A stretch of 64,000 bases of DNA, taken from a virus. This document shows, piece by piece, positions 45,901 through 53,837 of this stretch. The position numbers were made by a program, and so were the translations under genes. The notes beneath the pieces were generated by a model. It had not been told where the DNA came from, made no database searches, and worked only from the letters and a program-made list of their open reading frames with translations. Within the stretch, counting starts at the first letter, position 1, and each line of letters opens with the position of its first letter. The DNA lies in IMG/VR virus record IMGVR_UViG_3300035703_000076, positions 4,947 through 68,946 of that record; one strand, given 5' to 3'.

Positions 45901-46971
45901 AATTCGTTAGAAAAAGAGCCGCAAGTTGAAGAACCCACCCAAGCTCAAGAAGTTGTTGTTGAAGAAAAACCCATACCAACAGAAGCTGTTTTAGTTGAAA
46001 GGCAAAAAGAAAAAAGGGATGCTGAAATTGAGGAAGTTCAAGCGTTGCGTGATGACTTGGGGCAAGAAGTTGAACTTATCAACGACATACCTTCTTTTAT
46101 TGACGATGTGATTGATAGGATTGACCTTGGAATGATGGTTGCGCCTGAAATGCTAAGTGATGCAGTTGGTGAACTTGACAAGCAATTTGACAAACTTCAA
46201 GAATATAAAAACGACCCATCAAGAACACACACAACTGCTCAAATTGATGCAATGATTGATGTTCTTTCTGCGGTTAAAACAGAGATTCAAGATTATCAAT
46301 TAAAACAATCAGAAAATGAACAACCAACAAAAACCGAGCCTACAACTGAGGCTGCTCCGAGCGTTGAGCCAAGCCAAACAATCGAAACAAACCAAGTAAC
46401 TCAATCACAAACCACAAATACAAACCAAAATGAACAAAAAACCAAAATTGGGGAGCGGGGAACGCTTCAAGAAAATGACCAACAAGTTGGAGAAGGAGGG
46501 CAAGTTCAAGGAATCAGCGAAGAAAATCGCGGCATCAGCGGGGATGAAAGCCTACGGGAAAGCCAAGATGCAGAAGATGGCACAGGCGGGCAAGAAGAAA
46601 ATGTAACGGAACAAGGGGGTGTAACAGCCCCCTCTCCTAAAACACAACCCAATGAAACAAAAACAGAACAAGAAAAGCCCCTGCTGGAAGGGGTACGAAA
46701 TGGTGGGAATGAAACCCAAGGCGGGCAAGAAAGTACCGAACTGCGTGCCGAAGCCCAAAACCAAGAAGAAGTAAAAGCAACCATTGCAGATGCCGTAGCA
46801 AAGTTTTATGCTATTGAAGGCAAAGGTTCTCAAAAGCGTGAGGCAGCAAAAGCGTATAGGCAAACTTTAGAAAAAATGCCAACGGTAAAAAACATTTTTG
46901 ACAATATAAAGCCTATATTTGCACAACTTGAAAGAGAAGGAATTATAACAAAATCTAAAGAATGTCCATAA
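42964..46971 (+). CDS. large ejection/internal virion protein (1335 aa)
   Basis: Coiled coils, Gly/Ala-rich membrane-like segments, E...E..QE motif, N-terminal PETLPADFKFD x2. Confidence 0.7.
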   Translation: MEDLNNLPETLPADFKFDEAPETLPADFKFDSEAEKKNSIGNALPTGGKVGVSATPSTGNEVAGLLGVKPIKPSQYAAPTPLVEKAKTIVEPVAKGQVIDEKNKTIIEPILIKIGQEKDQPLPASFDKTTFDNYNRTFEDYKQKNKWLGDAIKNNTLNYYVNSGGALSDLGNIASGVLSAPAYKKAEEEYKKSPSYAQFAKQIQQSKNAFFEAKAKADKETERQSEAIAQSLGGWGSLVDKVGNADVEKIREGVDSFLEKNKIESDSPIAYKLRNELKAQAEFKQIEPKINKEFEAQYQKLYGTTPEEDIKKEYGVTVEKAKGIKAAKQELEKKRLLEDKALEAEFKPEYESLGSSYKAKTTEIDSQIENDPELNSFAQQLGQERQSRYQAMVDNGQMSVEQANAEMNSPASIEEEKKKILQKVNEKYGKVYESAFAEYQKSLNEVGSRYKSAYRQQENARVEQANKKIQSEIESLKGQFEISPALIEKRKKAYGEAYTKVSESGLKAEIAAGRTLPFLAQAGMSLLMGLGGGLKGVGAEFDNKTLYDLGESLESDFKINVGESKEFSDWLDSSKLTVGTGNIIGRMIPGIGLTAAAAALTKDWGLTARLATTAVTSFAAESSDMAGTIRDEVLQSTGDPAKADDAARDMWRSQLYLFPLYGIEGAPYIDEFFTQLGKKIAPKIFAETAKGARKTLGQWAKETAVKTLAGGVGETITEIAQEFPQNINEEAIRNGKEIKGIVDQIDVYNEGATLPKLKETIVTVSPSTLIMGATPVFVSSAYNKAKSSYYERSVDNYLNSASISASLETSPEQYLFNINREKGKNFTGTLLNTLFTSGKISESEFDRLSEKMVNMEAYNEVVKKAKAKGTEIGNLVGYRLYDQYISATQAYESEKDELAKEVLKKQADEAKAQFVNLLQGKGANISVMTLGNGQEYAFLPDEMMFALQFPNIRESIKNGDIGVVVGGDKAVVGDLLNELNSLEKEPQVEEPTQAQEVVVEEKPIPTEAVLVERQKEKRDAEIEEVQALRDDLGQEVELINDIPSFIDDVIDRIDLGMMVAPEMLSDAVGELDKQFDKLQEYKNDPSRTHTTAQIDAMIDVLSAVKTEIQDYQLKQSENEQPTKTEPTTEAAPSVEPSQTIETNQVTQSQTTNTNQNEQKTKIGERGTLQENDQQVGEGGQVQGISEENRGISGDESLRESQDAEDGTGGQEENVTEQGGVTAPSPKTQPNETKTEQEKPLLEGVRNGGNETQGGQESTELRAEAQNQEEVKATIADAVAKFYAIEGKGSQKREAAKAYRQTLEKMPTVKNIFDNIKPIFAQLEREGIITKSKECP
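46316..46399 (+). CDS. candidate nested ORF, +1 frame (27 aa)
   Basis: MNNQQKPSLQLRLLRALSQAKQSKQTK*; A-rich upstream; same frame as the next two nested ORFs. Confidence 0.35.
   Translation: MNNQQKPSLQLRLLRALSQAKQSKQTK
46430..46606 (+). CDS. nested small basic protein, +1 frame (58 aa, KPKLGSGERF type)
   Basis: MNKKPKLGSGERFKKMTNKLEKEGKFKESAKKIAASAGMKAYGKAKMQKMAQAGKKKM*; A-rich initiation region. Confidence 0.75.
   Translation: MNKKPKLGSGERFKKMTNKLEKEGKFKESAKKIAASAGMKAYGKAKMQKMAQAGKKKM
46652..46774 (+). CDS. nested small basic protein, +1 frame (40 aa, PCWKGY...VPNCVP type)
   Basis: MKQKQNKKSPCWKGYEMVGMKPKAGKKVPNCVPKPKTKKK*. Confidence 0.8.
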   Translation: MKQKQNKKSPCWKGYEMVGMKPKAGKKVPNCVPKPKTKKK

Positions 46972-47498
46972 TGATACTCGATTCTCCAATGATGGTTATG
47001 CCTGAGTTTCCAAAAAAACTTGACGCAAAGATTGTTAGCCTTTTAATGCCACGTTTAAATGACGAGTACAAGGCTTTCTACTTCTACCGAGCCGCTTCAA
47101 ATTACTGCAAAGGTGTAGGTTACGAAAAAGCCGCAGAGTTCTTTGCAGCCGAATCTCTTGATGAACTTTCCCACGCAAAGGGTATTGAAACATACCTTGT
47201 TGATTGGAACATTGACGTTAATTTGCCTATCGTTGAAACCCCACAAATTGTTTTTAGTGGACTATTTGAGGTTCTTGTAAAGGCTTATGAACTTGAGTAC
47301 AACCTTTGGAAAGAGTACAACGATACTTCTGATGAGATTTTTGGCAAAGGCGATATTGCCACGTTTAACTTCCTTAGAACATATACGGATATACAAACCA
47401 AGTCTGTTGCTGAATACAGCGACAAGCTCAATATGCTTCAAGGGGTTAATGTGATGAGCAAGTTTGAACTTCTTACTTTAGAGAAAAAATTATTCTAA
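46962..47498 (+). CDS. ferritin-like protein (non-haem ferritin fold)
   Basis: LN.E..A...Y, FF...S.DE..HA, A...E, D..T.NFL.....Q ferroxidase-type pattern. Confidence 0.85.
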   Translation: MSIMILDSPMMVMPEFPKKLDAKIVSLLMPRLNDEYKAFYFYRAASNYCKGVGYEKAAEFFAAESLDELSHAKGIETYLVDWNIDVNLPIVETPQIVFSGLFEVLVKAYELEYNLWKEYNDTSDEIFGKGDIATFNFLRTYTDIQTKSVAEYSDKLNMLQGVNVMSKFELLTLEKKLF

Positions 47499-47499
47499 T

Positions 47500-50400
47500 A
47501 TGGCTTGCGAGGTCAAATACCAAGGGCAGACACTTTCTTTTGAAGAGTTTGCCGAAAAGTTGCATAATGGACTTTTGGACGAATTTATTGCCCAAGGTGT
47601 TGTTAAGAATGTACCAACCATAAAATCAATTCAAGATGCCGTACAAAAGCAAAGCGCAGAGGGCGTTCTTTCACGCCAACAAGGAGAAGCTGGAAAAGCA
47701 GGGGGTGAACGTCAAGGAATGGGACAAGGCAAGCAAGGGCAAGAAGCTGCCAAGCCGAGCAAAGAAGAAATAACTTCCGCAGAAGCAACGGTTGCTCTTG
47801 ATGAAGAAACCGAACTATTGCTTGAAGGACTTGCCGCAGAAAGGAGAAGGGCGGGCAAATATACAGTTGACGGAGTAACATATACAAGAAACGAAAAAGG
47901 ACAAGGCATTGTTTCGGAAGAAGGTGGGGATGTTAGGTTTACAAATGAACCTGGCGGTGGTGGCGTTGTCGTTCCTTTCAGATACAAACTTGTTGAAGCA
48001 AACACAGTTCAGCCTTCACACGAAGGAGGTTTGAGAAATCCAAACTTCTTTATACCCGAAGCGCAACCTAAAAATAGGAACGACCAAGCAAGTTTATTGG
48101 CGGAGGATGATTTTGCCAACAACCCAAGGTTTGGCGAGCTTGGACAAGATACAGGGGCGTATAAAGGTGCGCCCGTTGTAAACGAAAGGGGTGAAGTTAT
48201 TCAAGGAAACAACAGGGCTGCTGGACTTAAAAAGGGATATGCTGTTGGCAATAAAAAGTACAAGCAAGACTTAGCTGCAAATGCAGAGAAGTTTGGGTTT
48301 ACCAAAGAGCAAGTTGAAAGCATGGAAAACCCCGTGCTTGTTCGTGAAGTTATTGTAACTGATGAAAAAGCTATTGAACTTGGAAACTACGATGTAAAAG
48401 ACCTTGAAACCGCAGGAAAAAGAAGGATTGACCCTTCTGCCCTTGTTCGTAGGCTTCCTTCAAAAGTTAAAGCGAGCCTTGCTAAAGTTATTTCAGCAGG
48501 GGAAACGATTAAAGAATCTATTAAAGAAAATGCGGATGAGATTTATCAACTTATACGTCCGTATATCAATACAAGTATTGCCAACACTATAATCACAAAT
48601 GGCAAATTAAATTCTGTTGGTATTGAGGACGTTGAGGGCTTATTTACGCAGTTCTTGTTTCAGAATGGCGACCCTAACCTTCCTCAAATGTTTGAAGGTT
48701 TGTCTAATACGCAACGTGAGGGTATTAAAAAGTCTTTACCATACTTGCTAAGTGCAGGAGCAGGCAAAAGTATCATACCCGATGTTCAAGAAGCGATAAT
48801 TGCTATTTCCGATTTTATGGCAAGCGGTAGCTCTGATTTTAATGCTTGGCTTTCTCAAGGGGATATTTTTGTAGACAACAAAACGCCAAAAGATATTTAT
48901 TCTCCGCTTGCTTTAAAGATTGCAGAGATATTAAATACAGCCAAAACACAAGCCGATATAGTTGGAACTACTACAAGGTCAAAAACAGAACCAACATCTT
49001 TTGTTAAGTATAGCGAATTGACAAAAGGAACAGAAGCGGGTTTATTTGAGGAAGCTAAAGAGGGTATTTCAAAAAAAGAAGCAATAAAACAAGCATTTAA
49101 TGTAGATTACAATGAAAGAAAAACTTATTCAAATAGTCAAAGAATCGAAGAAAAGGCTTATAGAAAGCAAGAAGAAGAAAACTCAGTTAAGCAAAAATAT
49201 AAAGATGACCTTGCCAAAGGATTAGATAATTTAATTACTAAGCTCGGAGGAAAGAAAAATATAACACCAGAAGAAAGAACTTTTATAATAGAAGATTTAC
49301 GAAATATAATAAAAGGTCTTGTTGGGTTAACTTATGAGGAAATAAAAGAAATGGTTGTTCCTGCTTTGAAAAAGTTAGGATTAACTTCTCGTGAAGTTGA
49401 CGATATTTTAGTCGAAGCAACTACCGAAGAAAGAAGAAGGCCAGACTATTCAGAACCTTCTTTAGAAAGAGAAACTGAAACAAAGAAAAGTAGAACATTA
49501 GAAACGGTTGAAACTTTTTCTTCAAAAAGAATAGCGGAAAGAATTAAAAAACTTGAAAACTATTACTACAAAGTTCTTCCAAATGAAGAAGTTAAAGCTG
49601 CCGTAAATAAGATTTTTGAACTTTATTCTGTCGAAGAAATCGCTGACGATTTCCTTAACCCTGATGTAAATTCAAAAATGTATGGGCCTGTAAAAACGGT
49701 AATAGGTCTTGAACTTATGAAACGATTCAGTAAGGAAAAGAACTATGAAATGTTTAACAAGGTCGCAAATGAATATGCAGAAATAGCAAAAGAAGGGGCA
49801 AGAACAATTCAAATTATAAACATATTTGATATTGTAAAATCAATGGGAGGGATATTTGCTAAATTAAAAGCAAAGGAAATTATACAAGAAAGAAACCAAA
49901 GATTGCGCGATTTGAACAAACAGAAGATGGAGCAAATTGCTATGCAACTTAAAAATGCAAATACGCAAGCAATAGATGAGGCATTAGGCGATGAAAAGAT
50001 AAGGGAAATAGTTGGCAAGATTTTACAAAAATATGCGCCCCAAACAACAACAACTGATGAAAAACAAAAAGAGGCGAGTAAAGCAAAATCAAAAACAAAT
50101 CTTAATGAAGGTAGGATAAAAGAGCTTATTGATAAAAAGAAATTATTAAAAGAAAAAATAAAAAAAGGCGGCTATTTTACAAGCGGAGGAATTACGCCAG
50201 AGCTATTCGAGCTTGCTGCTACAAATATCGAATTAGGTACAAGAACATTTGCTGAATTTTCAAAGCAAATGACAAAGGATGTTGGTAAGGCTATTAAACC
50301 ATATTTACTTGAATTATACAAAGAAGGCAAGTCTATATTAAAAAATCAAGGACAAGACGTTTCTGATACAACAAGTAATGTTGACGCATCTTCTGAATTT

Positions 50401-52992
50401 TCTTCTATGTTTGAAGATAAGGACATAAAAACCCTTGTTGGTAAAACTATACAAGAAAATCTTGAAACTATATTACGCAAAGGACTTGGTGAATCTCAAA
50501 GAAGTAAAACAATAAAAGAAATCACCGACAAGCTTGGACTTGAGCCGTCTGACGCTGCTTCTATCGTTGATAAGATAAATTCAGAGTTTGACAAAAGGGT
50601 TAAAAATAAGCAAGAAGGCATAAAGAAAAAGCTATTAAAGGGTCTTAATAAACAAACAAGAGAGAGGAAAGAGTCTTGGGAAAAATTAGCAGAAGCGTCA
50701 AGGTCGGGAATTTTATCTGATGAAGAATTAAAGCCTTACTTAGAGAAAGCTTTTGGTATAGAAGAATTAAGCGAAAAGGACGCAAATGAAATAGAAAGGA
50801 TTGCAGATAATATAACAAAGTTTCCAGAAGGCAGCCCTTTTCAAACAAGGGAAATTTATAGGCTTGCTCAAAAATTAAACTCTTTATCTCCTTTTACTTT
50901 TTCTGAAATTATGACTTCCATTTTTTACGGAAACATACTTTCAGGGCCTAAAACCCAAGAAGGCAACTTTGTTTCAAACTTATCAAAAGCAATAGAATTA
51001 TTATCCATTGACACTATAAGAGCTATTTCAAAGGGTGATTATAGATTTTTAGGCACAGCCTTAAAGGGGTTATTAATAGGCTTGCAAGGCGAAGGTATTC
51101 CTGGTTTTAAATCTGCATTGCTTACAGGGAAAATACCAACAAGGGAAAAAATTAAAGGCTTTAGGGGTATTGAAGATTGGAATCCGACAAGTCTTGTAGG
51201 AAAAGGTTATAAGCAGTTGAAATATGTTACGAGGCTTATGGGTGGTGTTGATGCTTTATATTACGAATCAGCAAAATATAAAAGGGCTTTTCAGTTGGCT
51301 TACGATAAAGCCAAAAGAGATAATAAGGGCATGACATCTTCGGAAGCTTATCAAAAGTTTATAAACGAAATTTACAATAACGACCCTACTTTAAAAAATT
51401 TTATAGCACAAGCAGATGCAGATTATAATGAAAGGGTGAGTCAAATAAATGATGACTTGGATTTAACTGACGAGCAAAGAAAAAGTCAAATTATGGAGGC
51501 TGGTATAGATAGGGATTCACAAGTATATTATTATATATTTGGAAATCTACCCGAAGATATACAAGAAGAATCTAAAATTTACGCCAAAAGAGCAACGTAT
51601 ACACAAACGCCTGAAGGGTTTATTGGCCTTTTAGCAAGGAACTTAAATTCTTTTATACAAGGAGTTCCTTTAATGAATAGGGTTATTCCTTTTGTTAATA
51701 TTATTGGAAACGTAGCAAATGATGCTTTTAACTATGGAAACTTCGGTTTAGCACCTATTGCTCGTTCTGTGACAGAAAAGGGCTCTATAAGCGAAGCTAT
51801 TAATAGGAATCTTGAAAGGTTTGGAATAGTAACAACCAATAAGTATAAGTTTAACGAAAAAAGCCCCTTAACTGAAAATGAAAAAGCGGATTTAAGGGCA
51901 AAGGCTGTTCTTGCTTTTTCTTTAAGTGCCGCAAGTATGTTGTACTTATTGAGGCCGAAAGATGATGATGATGAAGATTATGAAACAGAAGTTTCGGGTG
52001 CAGGCCCAAGTACGAGAAAAGAAAGGGATGAACTTTTAGCAAAAGGATGGAGGCCATATTCAATAAGAATAGGAAATAATTATGTAAGCTATAAGTATAC
52101 TCCTTTTGTTTTATTATTTGCAATTGTTGGAAACATTCAAGACCAAACAAGGTATAAATCAAGTGATGATGAGCTTGAACTAAAGGTCACAAATGCTTTA
52201 TTTAAAACATACTCAAGAACTTTTTTTGATATGACCTTCTTAACAGGGTTGGCTGATTTATTTTCTGCAATAGCAAATAAAAACGATAAAGGCGTGTGGC
52301 AACAAGACCTTGGTAAGTGGGTATCTAAAAACCTAAAAGCTGCCGTTGTACCGTTTTCAAATTTTATTGAGCAATCTTATAATTACTATCTTGATTATAT
52401 GGATATGCCAATGCCAGAAACAAGAAGAAGCGAAGGTGAAAAAACATTTACTGCTAATCTTTTAAGCGGCATACCCATAATAAGCAATATGTATAATATG
52501 CCAAGAATGAATGCACTTGGCGAGCCTATAATGGTTGAAAATGAATTTTTGATTACTGAAAAGAAGGAATCAAAGGGTATATGGAAACTTTTTGAAGATA
52601 AAAAATATAGGCCAACCTATCCTTATCCAAATGAAATTGCTGTTATTGATGAAGATGGTATAAAGAATATTTCTTCTAAAGAATATTCGACCTTTATGAA
52701 AGTTCGAGGCAACTTTATAAAAAGTGTAATAAACCATAGAGAAAACAAAAGTAAACTTGAAGGCTATCCAATAAAAGATGGCAAAAAAGAGCCTTTTAAA
52801 AAAGAAATAAACGAAGTGTTTTATAACGGAAATAAATTTGCTACTCACTTTATTTTACTTCAAAGAAGAGGCGAAAAGTTAGATGAAGAAAATATAGAAA
52901 AAATTATACCTAACTATATGAAAAAGATAAAAGCGTATAAACAACCAAAAGAAGAGTCAAAAAAGATTGACTACGTAATCAAGGGTTACTAA
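47500..52992 (+). CDS. giant polyvalent/ejection protein with DdrB-associated ParB-like domain
   Basis: Y.LVEA....PSH, QP..R, GAPVV...G.VIQGN.R motif; C-terminal PF...P/G..PYS....YVSY region resembling LPD38-type tails. Confidence 0.7.
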   Translation: MACEVKYQGQTLSFEEFAEKLHNGLLDEFIAQGVVKNVPTIKSIQDAVQKQSAEGVLSRQQGEAGKAGGERQGMGQGKQGQEAAKPSKEEITSAEATVALDEETELLLEGLAAERRRAGKYTVDGVTYTRNEKGQGIVSEEGGDVRFTNEPGGGGVVVPFRYKLVEANTVQPSHEGGLRNPNFFIPEAQPKNRNDQASLLAEDDFANNPRFGELGQDTGAYKGAPVVNERGEVIQGNNRAAGLKKGYAVGNKKYKQDLAANAEKFGFTKEQVESMENPVLVREVIVTDEKAIELGNYDVKDLETAGKRRIDPSALVRRLPSKVKASLAKVISAGETIKESIKENADEIYQLIRPYINTSIANTIITNGKLNSVGIEDVEGLFTQFLFQNGDPNLPQMFEGLSNTQREGIKKSLPYLLSAGAGKSIIPDVQEAIIAISDFMASGSSDFNAWLSQGDIFVDNKTPKDIYSPLALKIAEILNTAKTQADIVGTTTRSKTEPTSFVKYSELTKGTEAGLFEEAKEGISKKEAIKQAFNVDYNERKTYSNSQRIEEKAYRKQEEENSVKQKYKDDLAKGLDNLITKLGGKKNITPEERTFIIEDLRNIIKGLVGLTYEEIKEMVVPALKKLGLTSREVDDILVEATTEERRRPDYSEPSLERETETKKSRTLETVETFSSKRIAERIKKLENYYYKVLPNEEVKAAVNKIFELYSVEEIADDFLNPDVNSKMYGPVKTVIGLELMKRFSKEKNYEMFNKVANEYAEIAKEGARTIQIINIFDIVKSMGGIFAKLKAKEIIQERNQRLRDLNKQKMEQIAMQLKNANTQAIDEALGDEKIREIVGKILQKYAPQTTTTDEKQKEASKAKSKTNLNEGRIKELIDKKKLLKEKIKKGGYFTSGGITPELFELAATNIELGTRTFAEFSKQMTKDVGKAIKPYLLELYKEGKSILKNQGQDVSDTTSNVDASSEFSSMFEDKDIKTLVGKTIQENLETILRKGLGESQRSKTIKEITDKLGLEPSDAASIVDKINSEFDKRVKNKQEGIKKKLLKGLNKQTRERKESWEKLAEASRSGILSDEELKPYLEKAFGIEELSEKDANEIERIADNITKFPEGSPFQTREIYRLAQKLNSLSPFTFSEIMTSIFYGNILSGPKTQEGNFVSNLSKAIELLSIDTIRAISKGDYRFLGTALKGLLIGLQGEGIPGFKSALLTGKIPTREKIKGFRGIEDWNPTSLVGKGYKQLKYVTRLMGGVDALYYESAKYKRAFQLAYDKAKRDNKGMTSSEAYQKFINEIYNNDPTLKNFIAQADADYNERVSQINDDLDLTDEQRKSQIMEAGIDRDSQVYYYIFGNLPEDIQEESKIYAKRATYTQTPEGFIGLLARNLNSFIQGVPLMNRVIPFVNIIGNVANDAFNYGNFGLAPIARSVTEKGSISEAINRNLERFGIVTTNKYKFNEKSPLTENEKADLRAKAVLAFSLSAASMLYLLRPKDDDDEDYETEVSGAGPSTRKERDELLAKGWRPYSIRIGNNYVSYKYTPFVLLFAIVGNIQDQTRYKSSDDELELKVTNALFKTYSRTFFDMTFLTGLADLFSAIANKNDKGVWQQDLGKWVSKNLKAAVVPFSNFIEQSYNYYLDYMDMPMPETRRSEGEKTFTANLLSGIPIISNMYNMPRMNALGEPIMVENEFLITEKKESKGIWKLFEDKKYRPTYPYPNEIAVIDEDGIKNISSKEYSTFMKVRGNFIKSVINHRENKSKLEGYPIKDGKKEPFKKEINEVFYNGNKFATHFILLQRRGEKLDEENIEKIIPNYMKKIKAYKQPKEESKKIDYVIKGY
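47636..47773 (+). CDS. nested small basic protein, +1 frame (45 aa, MP(F/Y)KSKAQ type)
   Basis: MPYKSKAQRAFFHANKEKLEKQGVNVKEWDKASKGKKLPSRAKKK*. Confidence 0.8.
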   Translation: MPYKSKAQRAFFHANKEKLEKQGVNVKEWDKASKGKKLPSRAKKK

Positions 52993-53156
52993 ATCAACCC
53001 CGCCTTTCTCTTGTACTTCAATATTCTTTCATCAACAGTTGTTTGGCAAAAATCTTGTGTTCTGTAAACCCCGCCAAGAAGTTCAATATCTTTCTGTTTG
53101 ATATAAACCCTAACTGCAACTTTCTTTAGTTCAGGTGGTAGCTTTTTTCTTGGCAT
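52989..53156 (-). CDS. small DNA-binding (RHH-like) protein, counter-oriented (55 aa)
   Basis: MPRKKLPPELKKVAVRVYI...; TATATTTG box 4 nt before the ATG. Confidence 0.65.
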   Translation of the reverse strand: MPRKKLPPELKKVAVRVYIKQKDIELLGGVYRTQDFCQTTVDERILKYKRKAGLI

Positions 53157-53254
53157 AATGCAAATATACACAATTTCAACAAGTTAAGTCAATAAAAGCG
53201 ACACGAAATCAAATGCAATTATTGTCAATGTTATAATAGTATAATTTTGTGTCC

Positions 53255-53827
53255 ATGCCAACACCATCAGCACCATCAAGTGTACTTATACCTTCGATTA
53301 AGGTTTGCATGAATAACAATTGTGCGAAGGTTGAAATCTACGACACAACCTGCCCTTATTCTAACAGCAATTTAAACGGATGGGGTTTGCCGAATGTGGC
53401 AATTACAAGTATTGTTTCTGCTACGTTAGACATCAGCGTTTACAATCCTGTTACGGAAACTTTCTCTATTGAAACTTCGGGGATTGACGTTTCTTCTGTT
53501 CTTCCTAACATTAGCAATATTCCATACATAGCCACTATTGGGAAGTCTGATATTTATTACCTTGTTGTAACATATACAACTGATACGGGTGATGTATATA
53601 CTGCCGAATATTACTATGTTAACCTATGCGATTACTACTGCTGCTACGAAAAGAAAGCTGCGGCAAGTTGTGGTTGTCAAGGCGGAACAATAGAACTTTT
53701 CAACATTTGGACGCTTCTTCAATCAATTGAAGCAACGACTTGTTGCGGGGTGAATATTGCCGCCATATTGGATATGATTAAAAAGTTAAAGAAATATTGT
53801 TCTGACTGCGACTGCGGTTGTAAATAA
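53255..53827 (+). CDS. tail-fibre hub/adaptor with Cys-rich C-terminus
   Basis: D.T..Y...N..GWG.PN; ends CSDCDCGCK. Confidence 0.6.
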   Translation: MPTPSAPSSVLIPSIKVCMNNNCAKVEIYDTTCPYSNSNLNGWGLPNVAITSIVSATLDISVYNPVTETFSIETSGIDVSSVLPNISNIPYIATIGKSDIYYLVVTYTTDTGDVYTAEYYYVNLCDYYCCYEKKAAASCGCQGGTIELFNIWTLLQSIEATTCCGVNIAAILDMIKKLKKYCSDCDCGCK

Positions 53828-53837
53828 ACTTACCAAA

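Noticed and set aside
42964-52992. Virion RNA polymerase as in crAss-like phages
   Set aside because: No DFDxD-type catalytic motif was recognised in either giant ORF.
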